The notes below the pieces were generated by a model. The model did no database searches. It was not told where the DNA came from and was given only the letters and a program-made list of their open reading frames with translations. Both the position numbers and the translations under genes were made by a program. A stretch of DNA of 56,575 bases from an uncultured Pseudomonadales bacterium (lineage in GTDB: Bacteria > Patescibacteriota > Microgenomatia > UBA1400 > RBG-16-45-19): positions 24,099 to 80,673 of the forward strand of contig CAYYKL010000003.1 in the NCBI GenBank assembly GCA_964441155.1, in the 5' to 3' direction. This document shows positions 9,862 to 18,127 of the stretch, in pieces; position 1 is the first letter of the stretch; each line of letters starts with the position of its first letter.

Positions 9862-9962
9862 GTGAGATTGTATTTCAAGAAACTAACTGTGTAAAAACTA
9901 GCTTATCCCATATCACCTCTGAAGAGCAATGTATGAATGTTATTTAGCAGCAATGGTAATTT

Positions 9963-11960
9963 TTAGGGATTGATTTCTTGCCACCTGGTTGTGATTGAGC
10001 GAATTGCTGGTGGGGTGTGTATCACTAGTCCAGGATCATAGACAAACTTGGTGGCTGGCATGGTATTGTTATCGGCATTGGGCAAGGAGCGGTGCGAAGA
10101 GATATCACCTTGGATTGAGATAAAACTACCGTAGCCTGTAAATGCTTGATCACTTGCCCCGATGGTGATGTCGCCGCTTGCCAAAAAGATGCCCCGCACC
10201 TGATTAACTGTGGCCGCAAAGGTAACCGGACCATCGACCACAACCATAAAAAATGATCCGGGATCAATCTGAATCGGTTGGGTGATGGTTAATTGCGCTT
10301 GGGGGCCATCGATAAGAACTACGATTTTTTTATCACCGGTAATTTGTAGAGGTAATGAGAGTGTCTGGTGTCCGGTTGCTTGGTAGAATCCACTCGAGTT
10401 CAAGCCGTTTATATTGCCGATAGGGTTTAGGACTCCATGCAGTTTTTCTCTAAAGTATGCCACGTCTTCTACAGTTGGAATCTGCTGATTGTGAACGTGA
10501 TAGTCAGTATCACTTGACTTGCCCGTCCCTAATTCCAGATCAGCATTCCAAACGACCACCCCAGCATCTGAGTCTGTGTCGCTAAGCGATAGCACTTTTT
10601 TGGTTGCAGTTGGAGGGATTTTACTCAAGACGCTGTCACTAAAAATATCACCAAAGCTAGATTGCCACCAAGGTCCTTTAACTGGTGTAAAGTAGAAATT
10701 AATCTCACTGTCATTGGAAACCGACTGTTGGGCTTGGCAGAATGGTCCTATGGCTTTGGTTAAAGCAGGGATATCATCGGCTTTTCGAAAGTCGGCATAG
10801 ATTGGACGAACAATATGCTCACCCTGGAGGTTTTCAAATGTGAGGGTAGCGGTTGAGGTGGTTTGATCAATATTGCTTGCTCCGGGCTTAAGCGGATTCG
10901 CGCGCACGCGACCAGAAAATGTGCCAGAGAGGAGTGGTTTGGAATCAACGCAAATGTCGTCGGTTGTGCGCAAGTTCACTTTAACATCATAGATGGGAGC
11001 AGGAGAAGGAGTTGGTGATGGACCACCACAAAAATCGGGTACAAAGTCTATGGTTTGCCAATTTGACCAATTACTCACCTCATTATTGGTGCATTTTGAT
11101 CGTGCTCGGAAATGGAGTGTTGGAGGATGAATATAGGAAATACTGGTGCCAGGGCGCACGCTGCCCAAGGGTTGATCAACAACACCTTCATTGATTCTAT
11201 TTGAGTTTTTAAAATTTGTCGCCAAACTCAGCTGATAATCATACCCACCGATAGCTGAATCGACTTTTGCCCAATCAATGGTCGCGCTTCCTTCAGAAGT
11301 GACGAGATTACAAATTGGGGAAAAGGAAAAATCTATCGGTTTTTCGCAATTATTGTTTACCGGAGGCTCTTCATCGATAGGTCTAAAAACCGCACAGATG
11401 GGGTAATGGCTTTGAGGGTTTTCTGCAGGGTAAAAAGCGTGTTGGGCTATGACTTTGGTGATTGCTTGAGAAAGTGAGAGTTTATTATTAACTTGCTGAA
11501 TTAACGATTGATTTTCGTCAGGAATATCATCAATCGCATTCGTTTGGGTGACCAACACATCGTCATCATTAAAAAGTTGGGCTTGCCATTGCTCATGCCT
11601 TTGATCATGGATGGAATTTTCAAGAGGAATGGTGCCGTCGTGGTTGTCATATGATTCGAGAATAACAACATAATCTCCGGCAGGAATTTCATCACCAGAA
11701 ATATCTAGAGCAATGATATTCGCGCGACTTTCATCATTGGCGGTGAGATAGGTATTTGAAATTTGCGGAAAGGTGACGATGACGTCATTTGTTTGGGTGG
11801 GGATGGAGCATGCGGGGACCGTTGCTCCTGGACCGCCTGCCGCCATTGGCACTTCTTCACTCGTGCTTTGAGACAGGGAAGAAGTGCCCACGGCTAACAC
11901 CACTGAAGTAGCGAGAATGGCAAAAATACTTAAGACCAGAAAGTGTTTTTTTTGGTTCAC
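9963..11960 (-). CDS. Secreted protein, paralogous N-domain plus FN3-like module and a probable beta-helix-like C-terminal region
   Basis: Signal/anchor MNQKKHFLVLSIFAILATSVVLAV. The N-domain aligns with 8431..9861 (VPACSIPT..DVIVTFP...SYDNHDGTIP...SIH...PQSHYPICAVF). Confidence 0.6.
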   Translation of the reverse strand: MNQKKHFLVLSIFAILATSVVLAVGTSSLSQSTSEEVPMAAGGPGATVPACSIPTQTNDVIVTFPQISNTYLTANDESRANIIALDISGDEIPAGDYVVILESYDNHDGTIPLENSIHDQRHEQWQAQLFNDDDVLVTQTNAIDDIPDENQSLIQQVNNKLSLSQAITKVIAQHAFYPAENPQSHYPICAVFRPIDEEPPVNNNCEKPIDFSFSPICNLVTSEGSATIDWAKVDSAIGGYDYQLSLATNFKNSNRINEGVVDQPLGSVRPGTSISYIHPPTLHFRARSKCTNNEVSNWSNWQTIDFVPDFCGGPSPTPSPAPIYDVKVNLRTTDDICVDSKPLLSGTFSGRVRANPLKPGASNIDQTTSTATLTFENLQGEHIVRPIYADFRKADDIPALTKAIGPFCQAQQSVSNDSEINFYFTPVKGPWWQSSFGDIFSDSVLSKIPPTATKKVLSLSDTDSDAGVVVWNADLELGTGKSSDTDYHVHNQQIPTVEDVAYFREKLHGVLNPIGNINGLNSSGFYQATGHQTLSLPLQITGDKKIVVLIDGPQAQLTITQPIQIDPGSFFMVVVDGPVTFAATVNQVRGIFLASGDITIGASDQAFTGYGSFISIQGDISSHRSLPNADNNTMPATKFVYDPGLVIHTPPAIRSITTRWQEINP

Positions 11961-12034
11961 CTATTTACTGTAGCGCAATCCTTGAGACAAATACACAAGG
12001 ATGAATACTCGCGAGTTGCTTGGGGTGCGACGCT

Positions 12035-14167
12035 TTATGGCGCTGGCGTTGGAGCTGGTTGCTCGAGCACTTCGTCAACCTGAGTCTCTTGTTCTTGCGG
12101 CAGTGTTTGTGGTCCTGATTCTTCGTTCAAATCCACTCGAACCTGAGGGTTTGCCGTTGGGGTGGGTAGTGGAGTTTGGAGCTCACCGGCAACAGGAGCT
12201 TGCGTGTTAGGTTGTGCGCCAGCGACCGCTTGCGGGTTTTCCTTTTTGACCTGCTCTTCCAGTTTGGCGAGCTCTTCTTGGGCTTTGACAAAGTCAGCGC
12301 TGCCTGCCTCGAGTAGAGCGACAGTGCGCTGCATGGCTTGGTACGCTTGGACCGTTTCTTTGCGTTGTAGATGGGCACTGGCCAAGTTGTAATAGGCATT
12401 GGCAAAATCAGGCTTCAATTCAGTCACTCGTTGGAACACACGCACTGCTTGATCATATTGTTGCAGCGTGTAGTAGACACCGCCCAATTGCAACCAGAGC
12501 TGGGGGTTAGAGGGGTCAACTTGAATTGCCTGTGAATAAGTGGCAAGAGTCCATTGTGGTGCTTCTTGAGCCACGCCAATGAGTGAGCGATAGACGAGAG
12601 CTAAGCTTTCCCAGTTGAGCACGTTGGTTTGATCGAGTGTTACTGCCGCTTTGCCTTCGCGGATGGCTTGTTGAATGAGTTGGTTCACTTGTTTCTTCTC
12701 GTCTTCGGTAACGTTTTCTTTGCCGGCCAAGCTGTTAGCCAGGGCTAAATTGGTGGCGGCATAGGCACGGCGGAAACGGGAAACTGTGGGATAGTTTTGA
12801 ATAGCGGTGCGCTGCTTGTCGTAGGTGGCGACACCTTGATTGCTAGCGGCAGCTGTCAGGGATTGTCTAAAGATGGCTTCAGCAGCATAGGCTTTTACCG
12901 TGTGGTAGAGCCCATAGCCAGCTAGGCTGGTTAGTAGCAGCGAGAAAAAGATGGGCAACAAAGGCAGCGTGAACGAACCTTTGGAGTAAGCAATCGATTC
13001 AGCAGTGAGGTTGAGGCTACTGCTCGTTTCTTTGGACTCAGTGGTGACAAGTAGCATGGCTAGAGTTAGCAAAACGAGGAAACCGAATACGAGCGTGTAG
13101 CTTGAAGGGAGCAACAACTGGAGCAAGACAAATACCAGCGCGACTACTTTAATTACTGTGAACAAATGGCTATTTGACCCACTGACTTTATTCAGGCGCA
13201 GCAAACTCACGACCATAGCAATCCAGGCCAGAAGACCAAGAACTCCAGTGGTAGTGAGTAGATTTAAGACTTCACTTGAGGAAGAGGTAAAGCGGACATT
13301 CCACATATCACTCTGATTTAAGCCCACAGGTCTCGTGCGGGTGAAGGCATTCAAGAAGGATTCAGGACCATAGCCAACAAGCAAGGTCTTAGTGTTTTTG
13401 AGTGTGTCAACAGCGATCGAATATCCATATTTGAGCGGCAATATAGAAGGTGTTGTTTCTTTGCCGGGGAGTGAAAAGATGATGGTGAGGATGGTGCCAC
13501 TGGCGATAATGGCTGAGAGCAAGAACAACACAACCTTTTCCAAGATTTCTTTGCGCGTCACTGCCATAAGCAGGGTGGCGATTCCTATAGGTAAGCTCAA
13601 GGATAAAAACCCAAGAGGTGTACCAGCTGGAGTAAAGCTTAAGTCGTTAGGGATGGTGGTGCCAAAAGCCGAGTTGAACACGTTTGAGAAACCCAATCCT
13701 AAGCCTTGGAACACGGCAATCACGCTTAAAATGGTAGTGCTCGCAAACAAAGCATAGAGTGCTTGGGTGACGAATTTTTTATGTGTCACCATGTTGGTAA
13801 GTGCAATCATCCAAATAATGAGTGCTGGCACGAGCCCACCTCGACCCAAAAATTGTTCGGTTGAATCGCCCGTGGCTGCCAATGAGGAAACGATGGTGAT
13901 GATGGCCATAGCCATTAAGGGCAGAGTGAGTGAGTTCAAGCGCAAAATAGTTTTCTTTTCCACAACCATTTTGAGTGCCCAGAGCAATAAGCTCACCGCG
14001 GCCATAATAACTGCAAGCGCCAACTTATTGGGTTGGTAAAAATTAGTGGTAGTGGGCAAAAACATTAAGGGAAATAGAAATATGAAGCCAATGCTTAAGC
14101 TGTGCATCACTTGTTCGATAACCAAGCTTACTTTGTTGGGCGAAAGGTTTTCTGGCATGACGTTCAT
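12035..14167 (-). CDS. O-antigen ligase/polymerase-like (Wzy_C) polytopic membrane protein with C-terminal TPR repeats
   Basis: More than 10 TM segments. LLVGYGPESF...SSSSEVLNLLTTTGVLGLLAW resembles the Wzy_C region. TPR-like repeats are ATYSQAIQVDPSNPQLWLQLGGVYYTLQQYDQAVRVFQRVTELKPDFANAYYNLASAH. Confidence 0.6.
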   Translation of the reverse strand: MNVMPENLSPNKVSLVIEQVMHSLSIGFIFLFPLMFLPTTTNFYQPNKLALAVIMAAVSLLLWALKMVVEKKTILRLNSLTLPLMAMAIITIVSSLAATGDSTEQFLGRGGLVPALIIWMIALTNMVTHKKFVTQALYALFASTTILSVIAVFQGLGLGFSNVFNSAFGTTIPNDLSFTPAGTPLGFLSLSLPIGIATLLMAVTRKEILEKVVLFLLSAIIASGTILTIIFSLPGKETTPSILPLKYGYSIAVDTLKNTKTLLVGYGPESFLNAFTRTRPVGLNQSDMWNVRFTSSSSEVLNLLTTTGVLGLLAWIAMVVSLLRLNKVSGSNSHLFTVIKVVALVFVLLQLLLPSSYTLVFGFLVLLTLAMLLVTTESKETSSSLNLTAESIAYSKGSFTLPLLPIFFSLLLTSLAGYGLYHTVKAYAAEAIFRQSLTAAASNQGVATYDKQRTAIQNYPTVSRFRRAYAATNLALANSLAGKENVTEDEKKQVNQLIQQAIREGKAAVTLDQTNVLNWESLALVYRSLIGVAQEAPQWTLATYSQAIQVDPSNPQLWLQLGGVYYTLQQYDQAVRVFQRVTELKPDFANAYYNLASAHLQRKETVQAYQAMQRTVALLEAGSADFVKAQEELAKLEEQVKKENPQAVAGAQPNTQAPVAGELQTPLPTPTANPQVRVDLNEESGPQTLPQEQETQVDEVLEQPAPTPAP

Positions 14168-14315
14168 TGAGTTGCTCCAAGCTAGCTTGTTAGTTTTGCA
14201 AGAAAAATTGCGGTGCTAAAAATAAAGAGAACCAAGGTCCATTGTGACGGCTTGAACGGAAGCCTGTCAAGAGTGCGTGGGTGGGTAGAATTCAGAGCAA
14301 TCTGCACTAAAAACT

Positions 14316-14918
14316 TTATGCGTTGGCAAATCTTGCCGCTACTTTGTCCCAATTCACCACATTCCACCATGCAGTTACATAATCCGCGCGGCGGTTTTGA
14401 TGTTTAAGATAATAGGCATGTTCCCAAACGTCTAAACCTAAAATGGGTGTATGTCCGAGCATCAAGGGAGAATCTTGATTTGCGGTTGAATAGACTTGCA
14501 ACTCGCCATTGTCGACAACTAGCCATGCCCAACCTGAACCAAAGTGATTCAAGGCCGCCTGAGTCAGCGCATCCTTGAAGCCGTCAACTGAAGTGAAGCT
14601 GGCAACGATTGCAGATAATAACTCTCCTTGAGGAAGTGTCGCTCCACCTGGAGTGAGAATATCCCAAAACAGCGTGTGATTGGCATGTCCTCCGCCATGG
14701 TTTTGAACAGCTATTTTGATTTCTTGAGGCACTTGAGCGATATCTTTTAAGAGGTCTTCGACGCTTAAAGCGCTTAGCTCGTCTTTTCCGTTTAAAGCCG
14801 CATTGAGCTTGTCAACGTATGCTTGGTGATGTTTGGAGTAATGAATTTCCATCGTCATTGCATCGATGTGGGGTTCGAGTGCATCAAAGGAAAAGGATAG
14901 ATGAGGAAGTAAGTGCAT
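14316..14918 (-). CDS. Fe/Mn superoxide dismutase
   Basis: LPHLSFSFDALEPHIDAMTMEIHYSKHHQAYV, NHGGGHANHTLFW, GSGWAWL and LGLDVWEHAYYLKHQNRR are classic SodA/SodB blocks. The metal cannot be decided by eye. Confidence 0.9.
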   Translation of the reverse strand: MHLLPHLSFSFDALEPHIDAMTMEIHYSKHHQAYVDKLNAALNGKDELSALSVEDLLKDIAQVPQEIKIAVQNHGGGHANHTLFWDILTPGGATLPQGELLSAIVASFTSVDGFKDALTQAALNHFGSGWAWLVVDNGELQVYSTANQDSPLMLGHTPILGLDVWEHAYYLKHQNRRADYVTAWWNVVNWDKVAARFANA

Positions 14919-14988
14919 GTTAGTTGCCTTTCGAAAAATTTGCTTCTATATATATGTGCTTTTTTTCGTGGTTTCTCTCCACTGTAAC

Positions 14989-15004
14989 AGTGATCGATAT
15001 CACA
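14989..15004. promoter_or_regulatory. Crp/Fnr-type palindrome AGTGA-TCGATA-TCACA (site 1, 71-86 nt upstream of the sod ATG)
   Basis: Read directly from the sequence. On the minus strand it reads TGTGA-N6-TCACT, one mismatch from TGTGA-N6-TCACA. Confidence 0.5.
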
Positions 15005-15154
15005 TGCAATTAAAGTGAGCTAAGACAGTGGTAAATAGTAGGTAATAATTTCTTTTTTAGTTCAAAAGCAGGACTATAGAAATTGTTATGAAAATATATG
15101 ATGTTTTACATTATCTTTATACATACTAATTTATCTATTGATCTAGTAAATGAT

Positions 15155-15170
15155 CGTGATTCCGATCACC
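15155..15170. promoter_or_regulatory. Crp/Fnr-type palindrome CGTGA-TTCCGA-TCACC (site 2, 58-73 nt upstream of the ATG at 15228)
   Basis: Read directly from the sequence. A GATAAT -10-like hexamer lies at 15204-15209. Confidence 0.45.
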
Positions 15171-15227
15171 GAATCTATGACTTTAGCTTGATAGGGTAGA
15201 GACGATAATTTTTTGAAACGGTGTGAA

Positions 15228-15518
15228 ATGGCTGAAACTCCAATTAGTTCTAAAATAATTGCAGCGAGTGAAACTTTAGGTAGGGGTACTGTTTTAGCAA
15301 TCCCTAGCATTCCGCAATTACTCTTGAACCTTTCAGTTCCGTCTGGTTGTGAAGTAGCGTTTGTGCGTACCCACGCCGAAGCAGAAGTATTGGCGTTGGT
15401 TGCTCCTTCAAGGCAAGTTGATAGGCAAAGTTTGAGCCGTTACTGTGATGCGTTAAGTTCACAGGGAGCAGTTCCAGTTTATGTGTATGGCATCGTGCCG
15501 CCAGGCATGTCTCGCTGA
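15228..15518 (+). CDS. Hypothetical protein (96 aa)
   Basis: ORF with an ATG at 15228; the listed TTG at 15213 is in frame. No recognisable motif. Confidence 0.4.
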   Translation: MAETPISSKIIAASETLGRGTVLAIPSIPQLLLNLSVPSGCEVAFVRTHAEAEVLALVAPSRQVDRQSLSRYCDALSSQGAVPVYVYGIVPPGMSR

Positions 15519-15538
15519 AAACTTTTTAAGAAAAATTG

Positions 15539-16105
15539 TTATGATTGCTTCAATAATCGGGTGACCGTTTCTCTCGACAAACCCGATAATGAGGCAAGTT
15601 CCTGATGTGTTAAGCGCAAGGTGGCTTTAAATGCTGGGCCAAAGCGGTTTTGAAGCATCTTGAGTGTGTTTTCTAGTTTGTCAGCGGCACTACCCTCGGC
15701 AATCACTTCCGTATGTTCGAAATACCCATCCATACCGATCAAAAATCGTCGGGAAATATCGGTAGTCACGCCAGCGTGCGAGCGGATAAAGGCGAGCGTT
15801 TGCTCGCGCTCGGCTCGATAGACGGTCACGGGCTCAAGGGTTTCGAAATAATAGCGATTGGGCAATCCAGCCACCAACCAAATGAGCGGGAAAATGCCAC
15901 CCGGTTTCAAGAGATTGTGGATATAGGTTTTGCCCGAAGCTGTGATGGCGTACATCTTGATAAGTCCTGATTCGAGCAAGTATGCACCCTTGGGCTCGGT
16001 GCCAGCCGATACGATGACTTCGCCTGTGCCGAAGGTTTGGTGGGTGTGGGAGGCAAAGTATTCGAGTAGTTCTGGTTGAGGAGTATTCATGGTTAGTTTT
16101 TCCAA
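15539..16105 (-). CDS. Crp/Fnr family transcriptional regulator
   Basis: cNMP-binding-like beta-roll (GEVIVSAGTEPKGAYLLESGLIKMY) and a C-terminal HTH (LTHQELASLSGLSRETVTRLLKQ). Confidence 0.85.
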   Translation of the reverse strand: MEKLTMNTPQPELLEYFASHTHQTFGTGEVIVSAGTEPKGAYLLESGLIKMYAITASGKTYIHNLLKPGGIFPLIWLVAGLPNRYYFETLEPVTVYRAEREQTLAFIRSHAGVTTDISRRFLIGMDGYFEHTEVIAEGSAADKLENTLKMLQNRFGPAFKATLRLTHQELASLSGLSRETVTRLLKQS

Positions 16106-16140
16106 AGAACATTATACCTCGCTAATAATTGGGGAGTTTA

Positions 16141-16156
16141 AGTGATACGCATCACT
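16141..16156. promoter_or_regulatory. Crp/Fnr-type palindrome AGTGA-TACGCA-TCACT (site 3, centre of the 89-nt divergent region between the regulator gene and 16195)
   Basis: Read directly from the sequence. The centre is about 43 nt from the ATG at 16105 and about 46 nt from the ATG at 16195. Confidence 0.5.
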
Positions 16157-16194
16157 TGCGCATATTCAAATTTTTGCTATAGTCATCGTTTGGT

Positions 16195-16596
16195 ATGGCA
16201 TCTTTTAACACATCCATAGAAAGATCGTTGGCCTTTGATCCTGAGGCGTGGCATGCATTGCCTTTTAATGGCCCTGAACTTCCAATTACTACAGTTCTTT
16301 TCGAGCGAAGATATCTTGATCGGTTAAGAATTGACCCTTCAACAGTCACGATAGTTTCATTTGACAGTTCACCTGATGTTTATGGTCGTCCACGTGTTCA
16401 ATTTGAAATAGCTGGTACTGAACAGGTTAGAGAGGGTGTTGTAGACATTAGTCGTGGACTCAACACTGAGGGTCAAGACCTTTTAATGTTGAGTCAGCCA
16501 CCCATCATTGGCGCCCACAGAAAACCTGCTGGGTTAATCGATCTCGCATTTACTGTAGCATCGCCTTTTCTGAACAAATTGCTGGGTACTTCATAA
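16195..16596 (+). CDS. Hypothetical protein (133 aa)
   Basis: ORF divergent from the Crp/Fnr gene. No recognisable motif. Confidence 0.45.
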   Translation: MASFNTSIERSLAFDPEAWHALPFNGPELPITTVLFERRYLDRLRIDPSTVTIVSFDSSPDVYGRPRVQFEIAGTEQVREGVVDISRGLNTEGQDLLMLSQPPIIGAHRKPAGLIDLAFTVASPFLNKLLGTS

Positions 16597-16612
16597 CCTT
16601 TTTCTGTAAAAG

Positions 16613-17851
16613 TTACAGCAATAAATTCGCCCCAATCCCCAACAACACTAATCCGCCGATAATGCCACTTACTTTTTGATAGGTTGCGGTGTGGCCGATG
16701 GTTTGCAATGTCAGCATGGCAATCGCAAACACCACCAGATCATCCAGCATAAAAAATATCAAATAGAGCACAATATAGCCATAGTGCGTGAGCATTGGCA
16801 ATTGCGCTTGGCTCAAGGTGTGGGTGAACACTGCCGGCAAGCCGGCAGAGCAAAGGAGCTCGACTACATTTACCGACACTGCCAAGATGCTAATCAACAA
16901 CATAGCAATCCACAAAGAATTAGTTTGAGTGATGGCGGTTAAGCGCTGCATGATTTGCTGTCGCTTCGAGCCCTTGATCACTTTGCATTCTAGTTGTTTT
17001 TTAAGTGCGTCTTTCAAGTGAATGGCTCCTGAAACCAGTGCCAGCAAGCCTATACTTACTCGAATAATGGGTAAAAAGCCAATCAGCAAAAACAAATTGA
17101 GCCAAGCTGCCATCAAGAAAAAGTACACTGCACCTGAGGCGACAATAAAAGTGATCCCTAAGATCCAGCGGCGGCGAGGATCTTCAACTTTTAATAAAAG
17201 CGTAATCAGAAAAAATAATACCCACATGGCGCAGGGATTAAAGCCATCCATAAGTCCTAAAACTACGGAGAGTAGTGGTAGCGATAGAGTTGATGTGTCG
17301 ATAGCGCCAATCAAGGGCAGGCTCAGAGACTTTGGTTCACTCGGCAATGGCGCTTGAGCCGGTTTGTTGGTTGCGCGCATGCTTTGTAAACTGGTCGATT
17401 CAGCTTGGCTTAATGTTGGCAATTTTCCCACCACATCAGGGCAAGCTTCTTCTTGACACTTGGCAACAGCACCCAGGATTTCTCCTGGAGTTGAGTTCTC
17501 ATCAAAGCCGATAATTGCTTGAGAACCAATCACCAAAAACGGAACAGCGCCCATGGCAGTTTGATCGGTGATAATGGTGTTTGCTGCGGCTGCAAATAAA
17601 TCACGGTTTTTTGGATTGCGTGCCTCAAAGAGTTGGAGGTTAACTTGATTGAGGAGCCCGGGGTTTTCTTGCCACCAAGCAATTTGATCTCGGCAGTGAG
17701 GGCAGGTTTCGAGGTGAAAGAGGTAGACGTTGACTGGAGTCGTGGTCAAGGCACTTGTGGAGGAAATTTGTGCTCGAGTGACTGCGGCAAAAAGAGTGAA
17801 ACTAATAAGAATAAACGTAAAAAATAGAGAGAACCGTTTTCGAGTTGACAC
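16613..17851 (-). CDS. Thioredoxin-fold (CPHC) domain fused to a CcdA/DsbD-like polytopic membrane domain
   Basis: Signal/anchor, then VYLFHLETCPHCRDQIAWW (CxxC). The membrane part has DGFNPCAMWVLFFL, a conserved-Cys TM motif like the CcdA/DsbD family. Confidence 0.6.
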   Translation of the reverse strand: MSTRKRFSLFFTFILISFTLFAAVTRAQISSTSALTTTPVNVYLFHLETCPHCRDQIAWWQENPGLLNQVNLQLFEARNPKNRDLFAAAANTIITDQTAMGAVPFLVIGSQAIIGFDENSTPGEILGAVAKCQEEACPDVVGKLPTLSQAESTSLQSMRATNKPAQAPLPSEPKSLSLPLIGAIDTSTLSLPLLSVVLGLMDGFNPCAMWVLFFLITLLLKVEDPRRRWILGITFIVASGAVYFFLMAAWLNLFLLIGFLPIIRVSIGLLALVSGAIHLKDALKKQLECKVIKGSKRQQIMQRLTAITQTNSLWIAMLLISILAVSVNVVELLCSAGLPAVFTHTLSQAQLPMLTHYGYIVLYLIFFMLDDLVVFAIAMLTLQTIGHTATYQKVSGIIGGLVLLGIGANLLL

Positions 17852-18127
17852 TTCATGAGAATACGCCTGAGGTTTAAGTTGGTCAAGATAGACGAAACGA
17901 ACTCATTAAGTACAGAAACCTCGATTAAGATCGAACATTTTATTACCTACATTCTCGCGTTATTGTTCGAGGTCGTGGACCGAGAACTATAACCAATTAC
18001 TTCTCGCTTGGCTCGAAGAGTATTTAACGCGTAAATATCATTGAGTATATGTTAAGATCTGGACAAACGTAAAATGCAAGCCCAGATGCAATTAGTTACA
18101 ATAGATATACTGCGTACCTAAAAAACT

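Noticed and set aside
17852-18127. T-box or another leader riboswitch upstream of leuS
   Set aside because: The 275-nt leader has some short hairpins (for example GGTCgtgGACC). I could not find the conserved T-box sequence (GGUGGUACCGCG-like), an AGAGA or GNUGGA motif, or a terminator/antiterminator pair.
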